Source: Tubiluchus corallicola
Taxonomy: Eukaryota; Animalia; Priapulida
DNA: 64,000 nt
Assembly: GCA_030141605.1 (NCBI GenBank)
Contig: JAQGDQ010000545.1
Coordinates: 1 to 64,000 of the forward strand
Reading direction: 5' to 3'
Shown here: one piece after another, positions 1 to 11,900 of the stretch
Layout: the number at the start of each line of letters is the position of its first letter
Position numbering within the stretch: position 1 is the first letter of the stretch
Translations under genes and position numbers: made by a program
The notes under the pieces: model-generated
Databases searched by the model: none
Told to the model about the DNA's origin: nothing
What the model saw: the letters and a program-made list of their open reading frames with translations, nothing else

Positions 1-222
1 TCTTCTCTCTTCTCTTTTCTTCTCTTCTTCTCTCTTCTCTTCTCTTCTCTTCACTTCTCTTCTCTTCTCTTCTCTTCTCTTCTCTTCTCTTCTCTTCTCT
101 TCTCTTCTCTTCTCTTCTCTTCTCTTCTCTTCTCTTCTCTTCTCTTCTCTTCTCTTCTCTTCTCTTCTCTTCTCTTCTCTTCTCTTCTCTTCTCTTCTCT
201 TCTCTCTCTTCTCTTCTCTTCT
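1..222. repeat. (TCTTC)n pentanucleotide microsatellite
   Basis: Near-perfect TCTTC run read directly. Confidence 0.95.
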
Positions 223-224
223 CT

Positions 225-535
<311 letters not shown>

Positions 536-939
536 CACTCTTCACTCTTTCAGCATCCTGTAAAATTTAATGATGCGATGTGAGCTATAGTTTAAACTAA
601 GATCTCTAACGAAACCAGTACTTAACTGGCTGTATTCTCCAACTATTGGCTTCATTCATCTGAATGTTGACTCATTTCTGTTGGTAAAAAGTCTTACATT
701 GTCATTATTAGTCGCTGTCCATCATGGTTAATTATTTTCGTTATTTAACAAAAAAAATGTAATAAAGTTCTCACTTTGATTTTTAATTAAGTTTCTCAAC
801 ATGTTTAACAATGTAGCAGGAGTAATAGATTTCCTGATAAATTCTGGTTAGCACACGTACACTATAAACCTACAATCAAATATGTCTGCTTGAAGAGAAT
901 GAAATAAAATTGAATGAAACAGAATAGAATAGAGAGCAA

Positions 940-1850
940 TAGAAGGGGAGAAAGGAGGAGAGGGTAGAGAAAAGAGAAAGGAAGGGAGATGAGGGGAGGA
1001 GAGAGAGGAGAATGGAGAGGAGAGAAGTGAAGAGCAGAGCAGGGAAGGGAAGGGAAGGGAAGAACAGAGCAGAACAGTGAAGCAAAGGGAGGGGAGGGGA
1101 GGCGAGGAGAGGAGAGGAGAGGAAAGGAGAGAAGAGAAGAGAAAAGAGAGAAGAGAAGAGAAAAGGAGGGGAGGGGAGAGGAGAAGGGAAGGGAAGAGCA
1201 GAGAAGAGAAGAGAAGAGAAGAGAAGGGAAGAGAAGGGAAGAGAAGGGAAGTGAAGAGAAGAGAAGAGAAGGAAAGAGAAGGGAAGAGAAGAGAAGAGAA
1301 GAGAAGAGAAGAGAAGAAAAGAGAAGAGCAGAGAAGAGAGAAGAGAAGAGAAGAGAAGAAAAGAGAAAGAGAAGACAAAGAAAAGAGAAGAGAAGAGAAG
1401 AGAAGAGAAGAGAAGAGAAGAGAAGAGAGAAGCGAAGAGAAGAGAAGAGAAGAGAAGAGAAGAGAAGAGAAGAGAAGAGAAGAGAAGAGAAGAGAAGAGA
1501 AGAGAAGAGAAGAGAAGAGAAGAGAAGAGAGAAGAGAAGAGAGAAGAGAAGAGAAGAGAGAAGAGAAGAGAAGAGAAGAGAGAAGAGAAGAGAAGAGAAG
1601 AGAAGAGAAGAGAGAAGAGAGAAGAGAAGAGAAGAGAAGAGAAGAGAAGAGAAGAGAAGAGAAGAGAAGAGAAGAGAAGAGAAGAGAAGAGAAGAGAAGA
1701 GAAGAGAAGAGAAGAGAAGAGAAGAGAAGAGAAGAGAAGAGAAGAGAAGAGAAGAGAAGAGAAGAGAAGAGAAGAGAAGAGAAGAGAAGAGAAGAGAAGA
1801 GAAGAGAAGAGAAGGGAGGGAAGGGAAGGGAAGCGAAGGGAAGGGAAGAG
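940..1850. repeat. (AGAAG)n pentanucleotide array with degenerate purine-rich flank
   Basis: Direct reading; source of the SSLLF/EKRRE ORFs. Confidence 0.95.
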
Positions 1851-2071
1851 AACAAATAATAGAACTAAACAGAGTAAAATACAAAAGAATGGAATAAAAT
1901 ACATGTAAAATAGAAATTTATTTTATCTAGACAGATAAAAACATAATTTCCGTTGCAAAGCAAAAGGAAAATAGTTGATTATATTACAAACACAACATAT
2001 CAAACACTTACAGTGAAATTTAAGCATTTTAAATATAAAGAGGTATTAACATAAACGATTGTATATTTTAC

Positions 2072-2206
2072 CCGAGACAAGTTTTCTTGAGATCGTCTGA
2101 TGGAGTCTTTTGATTGTTCCAGCTGTTTTAAGAAACTGACCTTCTCACGACTGACCTTGTCCAGTTGACACTGAGCTGCGGCCAGAGCAGCGTTTGACTC
2201 AGACAG
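2072..2206 (-). CDS. SDCCAG8: SDCCAG8-like internal exon LSESNAALAAAQCQLDKVSREKVSFLKQLEQSKDSIRRSQENLSR
   Basis: tag acceptor, GTAAAA donor, 135 nt, phase 0/0; resembles recalled SDCCAG8 LSQNIAQLEAQVEKVTKEKISAINQLEE. Confidence 0.8.
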
Positions 2207-2232
2207 CTAGTAAACAAAAAATTAATAATTTA

Positions 2233-2403
2233 TAAACTAACTTTCTTTGTGTCTGCTTGTCAAGTTGAAAATGCACAGTGCAGCATTTCACTCACATAGC
2301 TAGCACAAAAAATCAATAAATTCTTCAATAAATGACTTTCTAGGGACCGACTTTGTCTAGTTGACACTGTGTAGCAACCAAAGCAGCATTTGACTCAGAA
2401 ACT
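2233..2403 (-). repeat. Two degenerate tandem copies (~95 bp) of the acceptor/5' half of the 2072-2206 exon
   Basis: cagcatttcactcacatagctagcacaaaaaatcaataa and ttgtctagttgacactgtgtagcaaccaaagcagcatttgactcaga align with 2135-2232. Confidence 0.75.
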
Positions 2404-2625
2404 GGGAAGTATAGCTCAATGGTAGCGTGCTTGCTTTCCACCTGGGAGGTCGCGGGTTCAACTCCTGACCGAGTCATACCAAAGACGTGAAAAATGGAAC
2501 TGCTAGTACTTCGACGAAGCACGGGGGTTTATCGATTTAGCATGCAGATAATAATAATTGGGACCACCTTGGAAATAAGTATCGAGTTACTTAAGGTGTT
2601 ATCTCTGGACTCAACAAAATTATTA
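2404..2625 (+). mobile_element. tRNA-derived SINE
   Basis: A-box tagctcaatggtag, B-box ggttcaactcc, body gtcataccaaagac..aaaaatgg, ends in a simple-repeat tail. Confidence 0.75.
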
Positions 2626-2804
2626 ATATTATTGTTGTTGTTGTTGTTATTATTGTTGTTGTTTCAGTGGGTCGTTGTCATCATAATTATTATTATTATT
2701 ACTACTACTATTACTATTACTATTACTATTACTATTACTATTACTATTACTATTACTATTACTATTACTATTACTATTACTATTACTATTACTATTACTA
2801 TTAC

Positions 2805-2837
<33 letters not shown>

Positions 2838-2890
2838 CATCATCATCATCAACATCGTCATCATCATCATCATCATCATCATTATTATAT
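2626..2890. repeat. Compound microsatellite (TTG)/(TAT)/(TATTAC)/(CAT)
   Basis: Direct reading. Confidence 0.9.
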
Positions 2891-3229
2891 CTAGTAAAAA
2901 AACAATTATTAATGGGCCAATATAAATGTGTATATAAAAAGTAAAATGAATTAATTCAGTTTAAATAGCCCTTGGTTAACACATGAGTAAAGAATTATAA
3001 GCAGACCTGTCCAACAGTAAATGTCTAACATGGAAGACACTTTTCTACATACGCACAGTTCAACGTTGAAAAATAACATCAACCCACAAACGTAAAAACT
3101 ACTACAATAAACTTCGTCGTGATGATTAATATTAACGCGTTTTCTGTTGTAAAGTCTTGTTTTTCATGAGCATGAAAAGAAACAGAGTGAAAGAGATACT
3201 GGCATAAATAAGATTTAAGCACTTATTCA

Positions 3230-3420
3230 AATTGTAAAACTGCCTGAAATTCATACAATCACTGTTCCTTCTACCATTCTTTTCTACGAATTCCTGCACT
3301 GATTCGTTATGAAACTTATCACATGTTCCTTTGGGGTTAAATCTTGAATGTGTGTCAGTTTGCCCAATGTAAGTGAAACTACAATCCATACAACAGCTTC
3401 ATTTACAAACAATAGTAGAA
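3230..3420 (-). mobile_element. Decayed GIY-YIG endonuclease fragment, Penelope-like
   Basis: STIVCK*SCCMDCSFTYIGQT matches the PLE pattern VVYKxxCxxCxxxYIGQT. Confidence 0.55.
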
Positions 3421-3920
3421 TATAACAACAGCTTCATTTACAAACAATAGTAGAATATAACAACAGCTTCATTTACAAACAACAGTAGAATATAATAGCT
3501 TCATTTACAAACAATAGTAGAATATAACAACAGCTTCATTTACAAACAATAATAGAATATAACAACAGCTTCATTTACAAACAATAGTAGAATATAACAA
3601 CAGCTTCATTTACAAACAATAGTAGAATATAACAACAGCTTCATTTACAAACAATAGTAGACTATAACAACAGCTTCATTTGCAAACAATAGTAGAATAT
3701 AACAACAGCTTCATTTACAAACAATAGTAGAATATAACAACAGCTTCATTTACAAACAATAATAGAATATAACAACAGCTTCATTTACAAACAATAGTAG
3801 AATATAACAACAGCTTCATTTACAAACAATAGTAGAATATAACAACAGCTTCATTTACAAACAATAGTAGACTATAACAACAGCTTCATTTGCAAACAAT
3901 AGTAGACTATAACAACAGCT
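3389..3920. repeat. ~37-bp minisatellite (aacaacagcttcatttacaaacaatagtagaatat), ~14 copies
   Basis: Direct reading. Confidence 0.95.
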
Positions 3921-4016
3921 GATACCGAATCATCAATTCCAATTTCTGTTTTACAAAAATGGCTGTGTAGGATATAAGAAAGCACAAAATGGGACAAATA
4001 AAAAGATTAAGGTTAC

Positions 4017-4169
4017 CCGTAATTCCATTTGCTCCACTTCCCGCTTTCCCTCCTGCCGGACCAACTCCCGCTCGTGCTCCACGTGCACCTCCATCTCTTG
4101 AATCATGGCACCCATTCTCTCCCGTAATCTTTCCATTTCTGATCTCACCTGGTCCTTTCCCATCAATGC
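4017..4169 (-). CDS. SDCCAG8: SDCCAG8-like exon ALMGKDQVRSEMERLRERMGAMIQEMEVHVEHERELVRQEGKREVEQMELR
   Basis: ttttgtgcaaag acceptor, GTAACC donor, 153 nt, phase 0/0; resembles ALIQCDQLRKELERQAERL. Confidence 0.8.
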
Positions 4170-4199
4170 CTTTGCACAAAAGAAAAAGTGAGTTTGAAT

Positions 4200-4535
4200 A
4201 GCACAAAACAAAATACAACATACATAATACATGCAACAAAATACAACATACATAATAGATTCAACAAAATACAACATACATAATACATGCACAAAAATAC
4301 AACATATACAATACATGCAACAAAAAACATAATACATGCAACAAAATACATGATACATAATACATGCAAGAAATACATAATACATGATACATGCAACAAA
4401 ATACATAATACATACAACAAAATACAAAATATATAATACATGCAACAAAATACATAATACATGCAACAAAATACAAAATACATAATACATGCAACAAAAT
4501 ACATAATACATGCAACGAAATGCATAATACATAGA
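4200..4535. repeat. ~21-bp-based minisatellite (atacataatacatgcaacaaa)
   Basis: Direct reading; begins ~30 nt upstream of the exon acceptor. Confidence 0.9.
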
Positions 4536-4954
4536 CTCATTCTAACACGATCACAGCTTTAATCACATCTAACATTTCACGAAGAAAAAATTTTAACTAA
4601 TGAACACCATAACGAAAATCGTTAGGGAAAAACTTCTGATTCTCAAAGCTGTGGAAACGTTATACAACTACAAATTGGCATTGCAGTGCTATGAGCGTAG
4701 CAGAAGAAATTAACTCATAAGCCACGATCAACACAGATAAGTCTTAATTATCGGCAAGAAACAACACAAAATGCATTAAACAGATGTGTATGTATGTACC
4801 TGATAGTATAGATGTTACAATATAATTCCTCGTGACTTGTTAATGATTGTTTTTTTATTTGATTGAAAAAGCTAACAGGCTTAATACTTGTGGGCAGAGT
4901 TTAATTTAGTAATAGCTCTCCCACCTGTTTCCATGCCCAAGAGAATCATACAAC

Positions 4955-5375
4955 CTGACCTACCTACCTACCTGTGCTTTTTCAACCTGTGCTTGTTCAA
5001 CTAACAAGCTTCTGTTCACGTGATGCTGACCTACCTACCTGTGCTTTTTCAAGCTGTGCTTGTTCAACTAACTCTAAGCTTCTGTTTACATGATGCTGAG
5101 CTACCTACCTGTGCTTTTTCAAGCTGTGCTTGTTCATCTAAGCTTCTGTTCACGTGATGCTGACCTACCTACCTGTGCTTTTTCAAGCTGTGCTTGTTCA
5201 ACTAACTCTAAGCTTCTGTTTACATGATGCTGAGCTACCTACCTGTGCTTTTTCAAGCTGTGCTTGTTCAACTAACTCTAAGCTTCTGTTTACATGATGC
5301 TGAGCTACCTACCTGTGCTTTTTCAAGCTGTGCTTGTTCAACTAACTCTAAGCTTCTGTTTACGTGATGCTGAGC
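4955..5375. repeat. 70-bp tandem repeat made of exon 3' end plus donor GTAGGTAG, 6 copies
   Basis: ctacctacctgtgctttttc recurs at ~4964, 5031, 5101, 5165, 5235, 5305. Confidence 0.95.
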
Positions 5376-5451
5376 GTTTTCATCGCATTTCTTCAACTCT
5401 GCAACCGTTGTCCTCAGGCTTGTAACCAGAGCCAGCGCCTCGTCCCTTTCA
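5313..5451 (-). CDS. SDCCAG8: SDCCAG8-like exon (S)ERDEALALVTSLRTTVAELKKCDENAQHHVNRSLELVEQAQLEKAQ
   Basis: tttgtttag acceptor, GTAGGT donor, 139 nt, phase 2/0; resembles ERDDLMSALVSVRSSLADTQQREASAYEQVKQVLQISEEANFEKTK. Confidence 0.85.
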
Positions 5452-6335
5452 CTAAACAAAATAACGGCAGCCGTTATACAAGGCCTTAAATTATCAACAT
5501 CTAAACACTTGTAAGTCAACCAGTGTGGATGCGCCCAGTCCAGGCAAAGAAACAACAAGAATTAGTATTGAACTGCGCGGTAGACCTGCAATTTATTAAA
5601 ATAACAGATCACAAAAGTGCTTAAGAACGTGCTAAAGGTTATTACTATTTAGACAAAATAAAAAATTAGATTTAAGAAGACTGAAACACAAATTATTACT
5701 TCATGATTCTAGAGATTTGAAGCAATTCTAACCAATTTAAACTATTAACTAATTATTAAAGTAGATGGTGACTTACATTTACTGGTGTTAAATTTGGCTT
5801 GAAAATACAACTAGTGACTGTTAAATTGTAACAAAATAGACAAAGCAATGCAAGTACCACCAAACGGCATGATCAGCATAGTGGCAACAGAAAATCTAAC
5901 TACGTGTAAAAACAAGTGTGATTGATAGGTGGCGTATATTACTAAAGCTTAGGTCACATGACTAAGGCTGGCTTCGTTTTCAACACTTTTAGGAAATGCA
6001 TGTTTGTAAAAATACGAAAAAAACAAATAATTATAGAATGCTAGATTAAATTGCTTGACACCAACATCCAGTAATTTAAAAAAATAACTCAGTTTCCATG
6101 AGAGAAAAAGAAAAACAAAGACAAATTCGATTACGTAAGTGGATCCTTGTCACAACTGAAACTCACTATTTACTCCCTCGAAAAACAAGAAATGCAAAAA
6201 AGTTCTACTAAAACTCTAATTCAATGTACAAAAATGCATCATAACAAACACAAAATTGTAGTTACATTCAGTTACGCTTCACTAGATCTTTTTGCCAGAT
6301 GAAAGTCGCACACAGAGCAAAATAATTCCACCCAC

Positions 6336-6731
6336 ATAAGCCTTTTCACAGTTTCAATGTGCGCATGTGCTGTTGCTGTAGATCAAAGGCTAAGTGTACC
6401 ACAGCAATGCGTTCTTAACTACAACTGTCACCTGACATGTGGGTAAAGCAAAGCCATTTGCAACATCAGTTCAGTAACTTCAGTTGTTTTACGTAGATGT
6501 TACTTAACTATGCATTAGTCTGTGCATAGAGTGATTTACTAGCAGGACCTTCTTTGTGAACAAGAAAAATGAACTAGGCAAGATTCTGGCTAGCTGTTAA
6601 AACTGTTACTATTACAGCAGCATGGGATGTGAAGGCATTGTCGAGTGTACACAAATGCGTTGGCTGGCTACAGTTAACCTTTGACCTTTTCACGATCATC
6701 ATCAATCGCTGGAACTTTGAAAAGGCTTGTT
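6336..6731 (+). mobile_element. MITE family A (TIR ~ATAAGCCTTTTCACAGTT), near full length
   Basis: TIRs at both ends; six related copies in the window. Confidence 0.85.
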
Positions 6732-6840
6732 AGATCGTTAATCCCTTGTTTAGGCAATGTGTTACATGCCAATGTCTTAAACGTATGTAAATTTGTCTTA
6801 AACAATGTCTAAAGTATACCTAGTAAGTTTAGTTACCTAC

Positions 6841-7097
6841 CTTGTAAGTTTCTCGATTGTCTCTTCATGTTTCGGGAGGGTTATTACAGGTAACGAAGCC
6901 TGTTCGTTCGCACACTTGACACAGAGTTTGGCTTCAAACTGACCTTTGCCAGCTTTCATCAGTGCTAACTCGTAGGATTTCAAGCGAGCCGTCAGACTGA
7001 TGTTGTCTGATTCCGCTTTATTGTAATCATGTTTCATTCTCTGTAGCTGCGCTTCCAACCGTTCATTCTTCACAATGTGCAGGTTACGAATAACTGC
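6841..7097 (-). CDS. SDCCAG8: SDCCAG8-like exon AVIRNLHIVKNERLEAQLQRMKHDY...LCVKCANEQASLPVITLPKHEETIEKLT(S)
   Basis: tttttag acceptor, GTAGGT donor, 257 nt, phase 0/2; LCVKCANEQ..HEETIEKL resembles SDCCAG8 LCLKCAQHE..HMQTIERL. Confidence 0.85.
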
Positions 7098-8915
7098 CTA
7101 AAAATGCATGTTTGCATGAATATAACTGCCTAAAAATACGTGTCTGCATGAGTATAACTGCCTAAAAATACATGTTTGCACGAATATAACTGCCTAAAAA
7201 TACATGTTTGCACGAATATAACTGCCTAAAAATACATGTTTGCACGAATATAACTGCCTAAAAATACATGTTTGCACGAATATAACTGCCTAAAAATACA
7301 TGTTTGCATGAATATAACTGCCTAAAAATACATGTTTGCATGAATATAACTGCCTAAAAATACATGTTTGCATGAATATAACTGCCTAAAAATACATGTT
7401 TGCACGAATATAACTGCCTAAAAATACATGTTTGCACGAATATAACTGCCTAAAAATACATGTTTGCATGAATATAACTGCCTAAAAATACATGTTTGCA
7501 TGAATATAACTGCCTAAAAATACATGTTTGCATGAATATAACTGCCTAAAAATACATGTTTGCACGAATATAACTGCCTAAAAATACATGTTTGCATGAA
7601 TATAACTGCCTAAAAATACATGTTTGCATGAATATAACTGCCTAAAAATACATGTTTGCATGAATATAACTGCCTAAAAATACATGTTTGCATGAATATA
7701 ACTGCCTAAAATACATGTTTGCATGAATATAACTGCCTAAAAATACATGTTTGCATGAATATAACTGCCTAAAAATACATGTTTGCACGAATATAACTGC
7801 CTAAAAATACATGTTTGCACGAATATAACTGCCTAAAAATACATGTTTGCACGAATATAACTGCTAAAATACATGTTTGCATGAATATAACTGCCTAAAA
7901 ATACATGTTTGCATGAATATAACTGCCTAAAAATACATGTTTGCATGAATATAACTGCCTAAAAATAATGTTTGCATGAATATAACTGCCTAAAAATACA
8001 TGTTTGCAGAATATAACTGCCTAAAAATACATGTTTGCATGGAATATAACTGCCTAAAAATACATGTTTGCATGAGTATAACTGCCTAAAAATACATGTT
8101 TGCATGAGCATAACTGCCTAAAAATACATGTTTGCATGAATATAACTGCCTAAAAATACATGTTTGCATGAATATAACTGCCTAAAAATACATGTTTGCA
8201 TGAGTATAACTGCCTAAAAATGCATGTTTGCATGAGCATAACTGCCTAAAAATACGTGTTTGCATGAGCACAACTGTCTAAAAATACATGTTTGCATGAA
8301 TACAACTGCCTAAAAATACATGTTTGCACGAGTATAACTGCCTAAAAATACATGTTTGCATGAATATAACTGCCTAAAAATACATGTTTGCACGAGTATA
8401 ACTGCCTAAAAATGCACGTTTGCATGAGTATAACTACCTAAAAATACATGTTTGCACGAGTATAACTGCCTAAAAATACATGTTTGCATGAGCATAACTA
8501 CCTAAAAATACATGTTTGCACGAGTATAACTGCCTAAAAATACATGTTTGCACGAGTATGACTGGCTAAAAATACATGTTTGCATGAATATAACTATCTA
8601 AAAATACATGTTTGCATGAGTATAACTGCCTAAAAATACATGTTTGCACGACTATGACTGCCTAAAAATACATGTTTGCACAAGTATGACTGGCTAAAAA
8701 TACATGTTTGCATGAGTATAACTGCCTAAAAATACATGTTTGCACAAGTATGACTGGCTAAAAATACATGTTTGCATGAATATAACTATCTAAAAATGCA
8801 TGTTTGCATGAGTATAACTGCTTAAAAATGCATGTTTGAATGAGCATAACTGCCTAAAAATGCATGTTTGAATGAGCATAACTGCCTAAAAATGCGTTGC
8901 ATGAGCATAACTACC
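7091..8915. repeat. 32-bp minisatellite, ~57 copies, each holding the exon acceptor TTTTTAG|GCAGTTA
   Basis: Unit taactgcctaaaaatacatgtttgcatgaata; the first unit overlaps the real intron/exon junction. Confidence 0.95.
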
Positions 8916-9189
8916 TAACGCATCGTGCGGATCTCAGTAATATCCTCAGATATAAAACTGCAACTTACGTCATGTCTATTAGTCATGTTTAAGGAGTAAA
9001 AAATGTAACCTGCTGTACATTAATTTACACGCTTGTTAAAAACAGACACGGTTAACCAACGCATTACTTAAATTATTAAAATTTCAATCTGTGTCATAAT
9101 CACCGGCTGCACCATCATTGCAGTTTTCATCATCACAATCTTCAATACCTCCACAATAATAATGGTCGTCCTTGACGTTTCTATGTGCT

Positions 9190-9205
9190 CTTTCCCTCTC
9201 CTTTC

Positions 9206-9249
<44 letters not shown>

Positions 9250-9318
9250 CTTCTCTCTTCTTTCTCTGCTTCTGCCTCTTTCACTTCCTCTCTCACGTAG
9301 CCCTCTTGTTCTCTCTCT

Positions 9319-9385
<67 letters not shown>
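9190..9385. repeat. (TC)n microsatellites
   Basis: Direct reading. Confidence 0.9.
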
Positions 9386-9386
<1 letters not shown>

Positions 9387-9506
9387 AGCAGCAGGGCAAT
9401 ATCTTCGTCTTGTGTTGTTCATTCTATTGACTAAATCACGCCTGCAGTTGTAATTAAATCTCAGCACAAACTGCAAGTCTTTAATGGCTCTCGTCTTCTC
9501 ACTTAC

Positions 9507-9577
9507 TGTTCTGATCACAGAGTCACAGCTTGCATTAGTAAAGCTGAAATGCTGTTTGTCTCCCGGGCAACCGGAGG
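9507..9577 (-). CDS. Candidate upstream SDCCAG8 exon (SGCPGDKQHFSFTNASCDSVIRT)
   Basis: Strong polypyrimidine/cag acceptor, GTAAGT donor, phase-0 end fits the 7097 exon; a plus-strand exon reading is also possible. Confidence 0.4.
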
Positions 9578-10099
9578 CTGAGGAGGAGAAGATGGAGATG
9601 CTAAGGAAAAATTCAGACGAGTTGAAAGTGAGCATGCATGTACCATTGTGTGATAATTTTCAGCGTTTTTTTAAATAAGGTTTTTTTATAATCCAAGAAC
9701 ATCCGCAGGTAATTTGCAATTTGTTCGTCTGCAGCTAAACCTAGAATGGCTTCACTCTCGTACGTAAAATCTAGAAAACAGTAGAGCTGTTAATCAGCTG
9801 GCCTCATATAAAAATCTCTCAAGAGACAAAGAATTGAATTTAACGTTGTAGTAAACTAGTAAAAATAATAATAATAATTAATAATGATAATCATATCGAC
9901 TAAAATCCAAATAAAATAACCATAGGGCGCGAAGAAAGATCTTTTTTTAGAAATTTTAAATATTTTTTAATGCAGAGTGGAGAGCGTTTAAAATGTACTC
10001 AATTACCTATGCTTGTACGCCTTCACTCAGGGAAACGTTACTTCAAAAACAGAAAATTCGACCGTAAGCTAAAACACATTATATTAATAAACTAGAATG

Positions 10100-10675
10100 T
10101 CCAACACGAGTCTGACAACACAGATTCAACACGAGTCTGATAACACAGATTCAACGTGAACATAAAAACACGGCTTCAGCACGAATCTGACAACGTGGCT
10201 TCAACACGAGTCTGACAACAGGGCATCAACATAAGTATGACAACACGGATTCAACACGGCATTAACACGAGTCTGACAATGCATCTTCAACACGAGTCTG
10301 ACAACAGGGCTTCAGCATGAGTCTGACAACACAGATTCAACACGAGCCTGACAACACGGATTCAACACGAGTCTGACTACATGGATTCAACACGAGTCTG
10401 ACAACACAGATTCAGCACGAGCCTGACAACACGGATTCAATACGAGTCTGACAACACAGATTCAACACGAATCTGACAACACGAGCCTGACAACACAGAT
10501 TCAATGCGAGTCTGACAACACAGATTCAACACGAATCTGACAACACAGATTCAACACGAATCTGACAACACAGATTCAACACTAGTCTGACAACACATCT
10601 TCAACACAAGTATGACAACAAGGCATCAACGAGTCTGACAACACATCTTCAACACAAGTCTGACAACAGGGCTTC
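10100..10675. repeat. ~26-bp minisatellite (caacacgagtctgacaacacagatt)
   Basis: Direct reading. Confidence 0.9.
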
Positions 10676-10960
10676 ATCGCGGATTCAAAGCGAATTCTGA
10701 GTACAAAGCTAAGTTTTTAACGAACGAATCGGCTTAACCAAAATTTGCTAGGTCAAATCAAAATTACTTGCGCTTCCACTAATAGTTACGTAATACGATT
10801 TGAAAATTAGATGAAGGTTTTGTCAGTCAAAAAATTTTTGTCACCATGGAGCGATTCTACAATTAAAATTGCACAGTTATTTGTTTTTATATTCTATACC
10901 AGGTATTTTAAGCTTCGCAAGAACGAGAAATCGAAGAAATGATAAAACTGGAATGAAACA

Positions 10961-11900
10961 TAGGGCGTAGCCAGTTCTACATTTAAGGAGAGCAAGCACT
11001 TAAAAAAGGCGCCGTGACACATACCAAATAATTTTTAAAACATTCATTATAAGTTCCTTTTTATTTTTGTGTTTAAAATCAAAACATGAAGAAGATACAG
11101 TTTTATAGGGAGACAGGATGATTTTTCATATACTACCCCATTTTCAAGTCCGATAAAAAGTATACATTTTACACAATTAATACTACAAAAGCCTTTCTGA
11201 TAATTAACTAATAGATTAAAAATTTTATTAGCAGCGGGCGAGCCCAACTATTGATGAAATCACGAACTAACATATTTAACAGCGAAAATATTCCACGAGC
11301 ATGTTGTACATCTTTGCGAAAACGAAAATTGAAGTACAGTGCCACTGTAAGATATTCAGTGTGTTGTACTAAAACTAGGCAAGTTTTAACATAAAAATTC
11401 AAATTTTAAATTTACCGCTGTGCACATGCATGAGCTGTCGAACGTGTGAACTCACAAACTAACACACCTGAACTGAGAGGGACAGCACCTATTTTTTGTG
11501 CCATGCGTTTCCGAAATGCAGGTGCCAGTGATCGTCTAACTAGCGAATGGCGAAATGCATGTAACAGCGAAGAACTAGTGGCGCGAACGCGAAATTGTGT
11601 TTGTGTGGTAACAATTCTTTCACGTAAGTCATTCTGGAAAAATAGTGTTTAATTTTAATATTTCAAAAGGTAGATTGTTTTGACTTACAGTTTAAGAAAG
11701 ATTGGGCCCGGTTTTCCTTTAAAAGAAGTGCATAAATAAACTAATGACTCCAGAAAATTTTTCTAAGGGCATGTGATTAAGATAAAAGAAAATGATTCGA
11801 CTTCTTTCGCACAAGTGAACAAAAGCCTCAGAAAACTGTTGAAAAAGCGTCAGCTCTTTGAAAATGTGCTCGGGTGCTCCCCATTCTAGCTACGCCACTA
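10961..11900. mobile_element. hAT-like non-autonomous element carrying a nested MITE
   Basis: TIRs tagggcgtagccag / ctagctacgccacta; 8-bp TSD ATGAAACA / ATGAAACG. Confidence 0.75.
11103..11722 (+). mobile_element. MITE family C (Kolobok-like, TTAA-AGGAAAAC termini), nested
   Basis: Homologous to 62547-63160; ends ccggttttcctttaa. Confidence 0.8.

Noticed and set aside
848-1904. Long ORFs of 260-342 aa (SSLLF/EKRRE)
   Set aside because: Translations of a stop-free pentamer microsatellite
2404-2478. tRNA gene
   Set aside because: No proper acceptor stem; continues into a SINE body and tail
7091-8915. CRISPR-like 32-bp periodicity (also the 37-, 35- and 45-bp arrays)
   Set aside because: Head-to-tail units with no unique spacers, no cas genes, eukaryotic context
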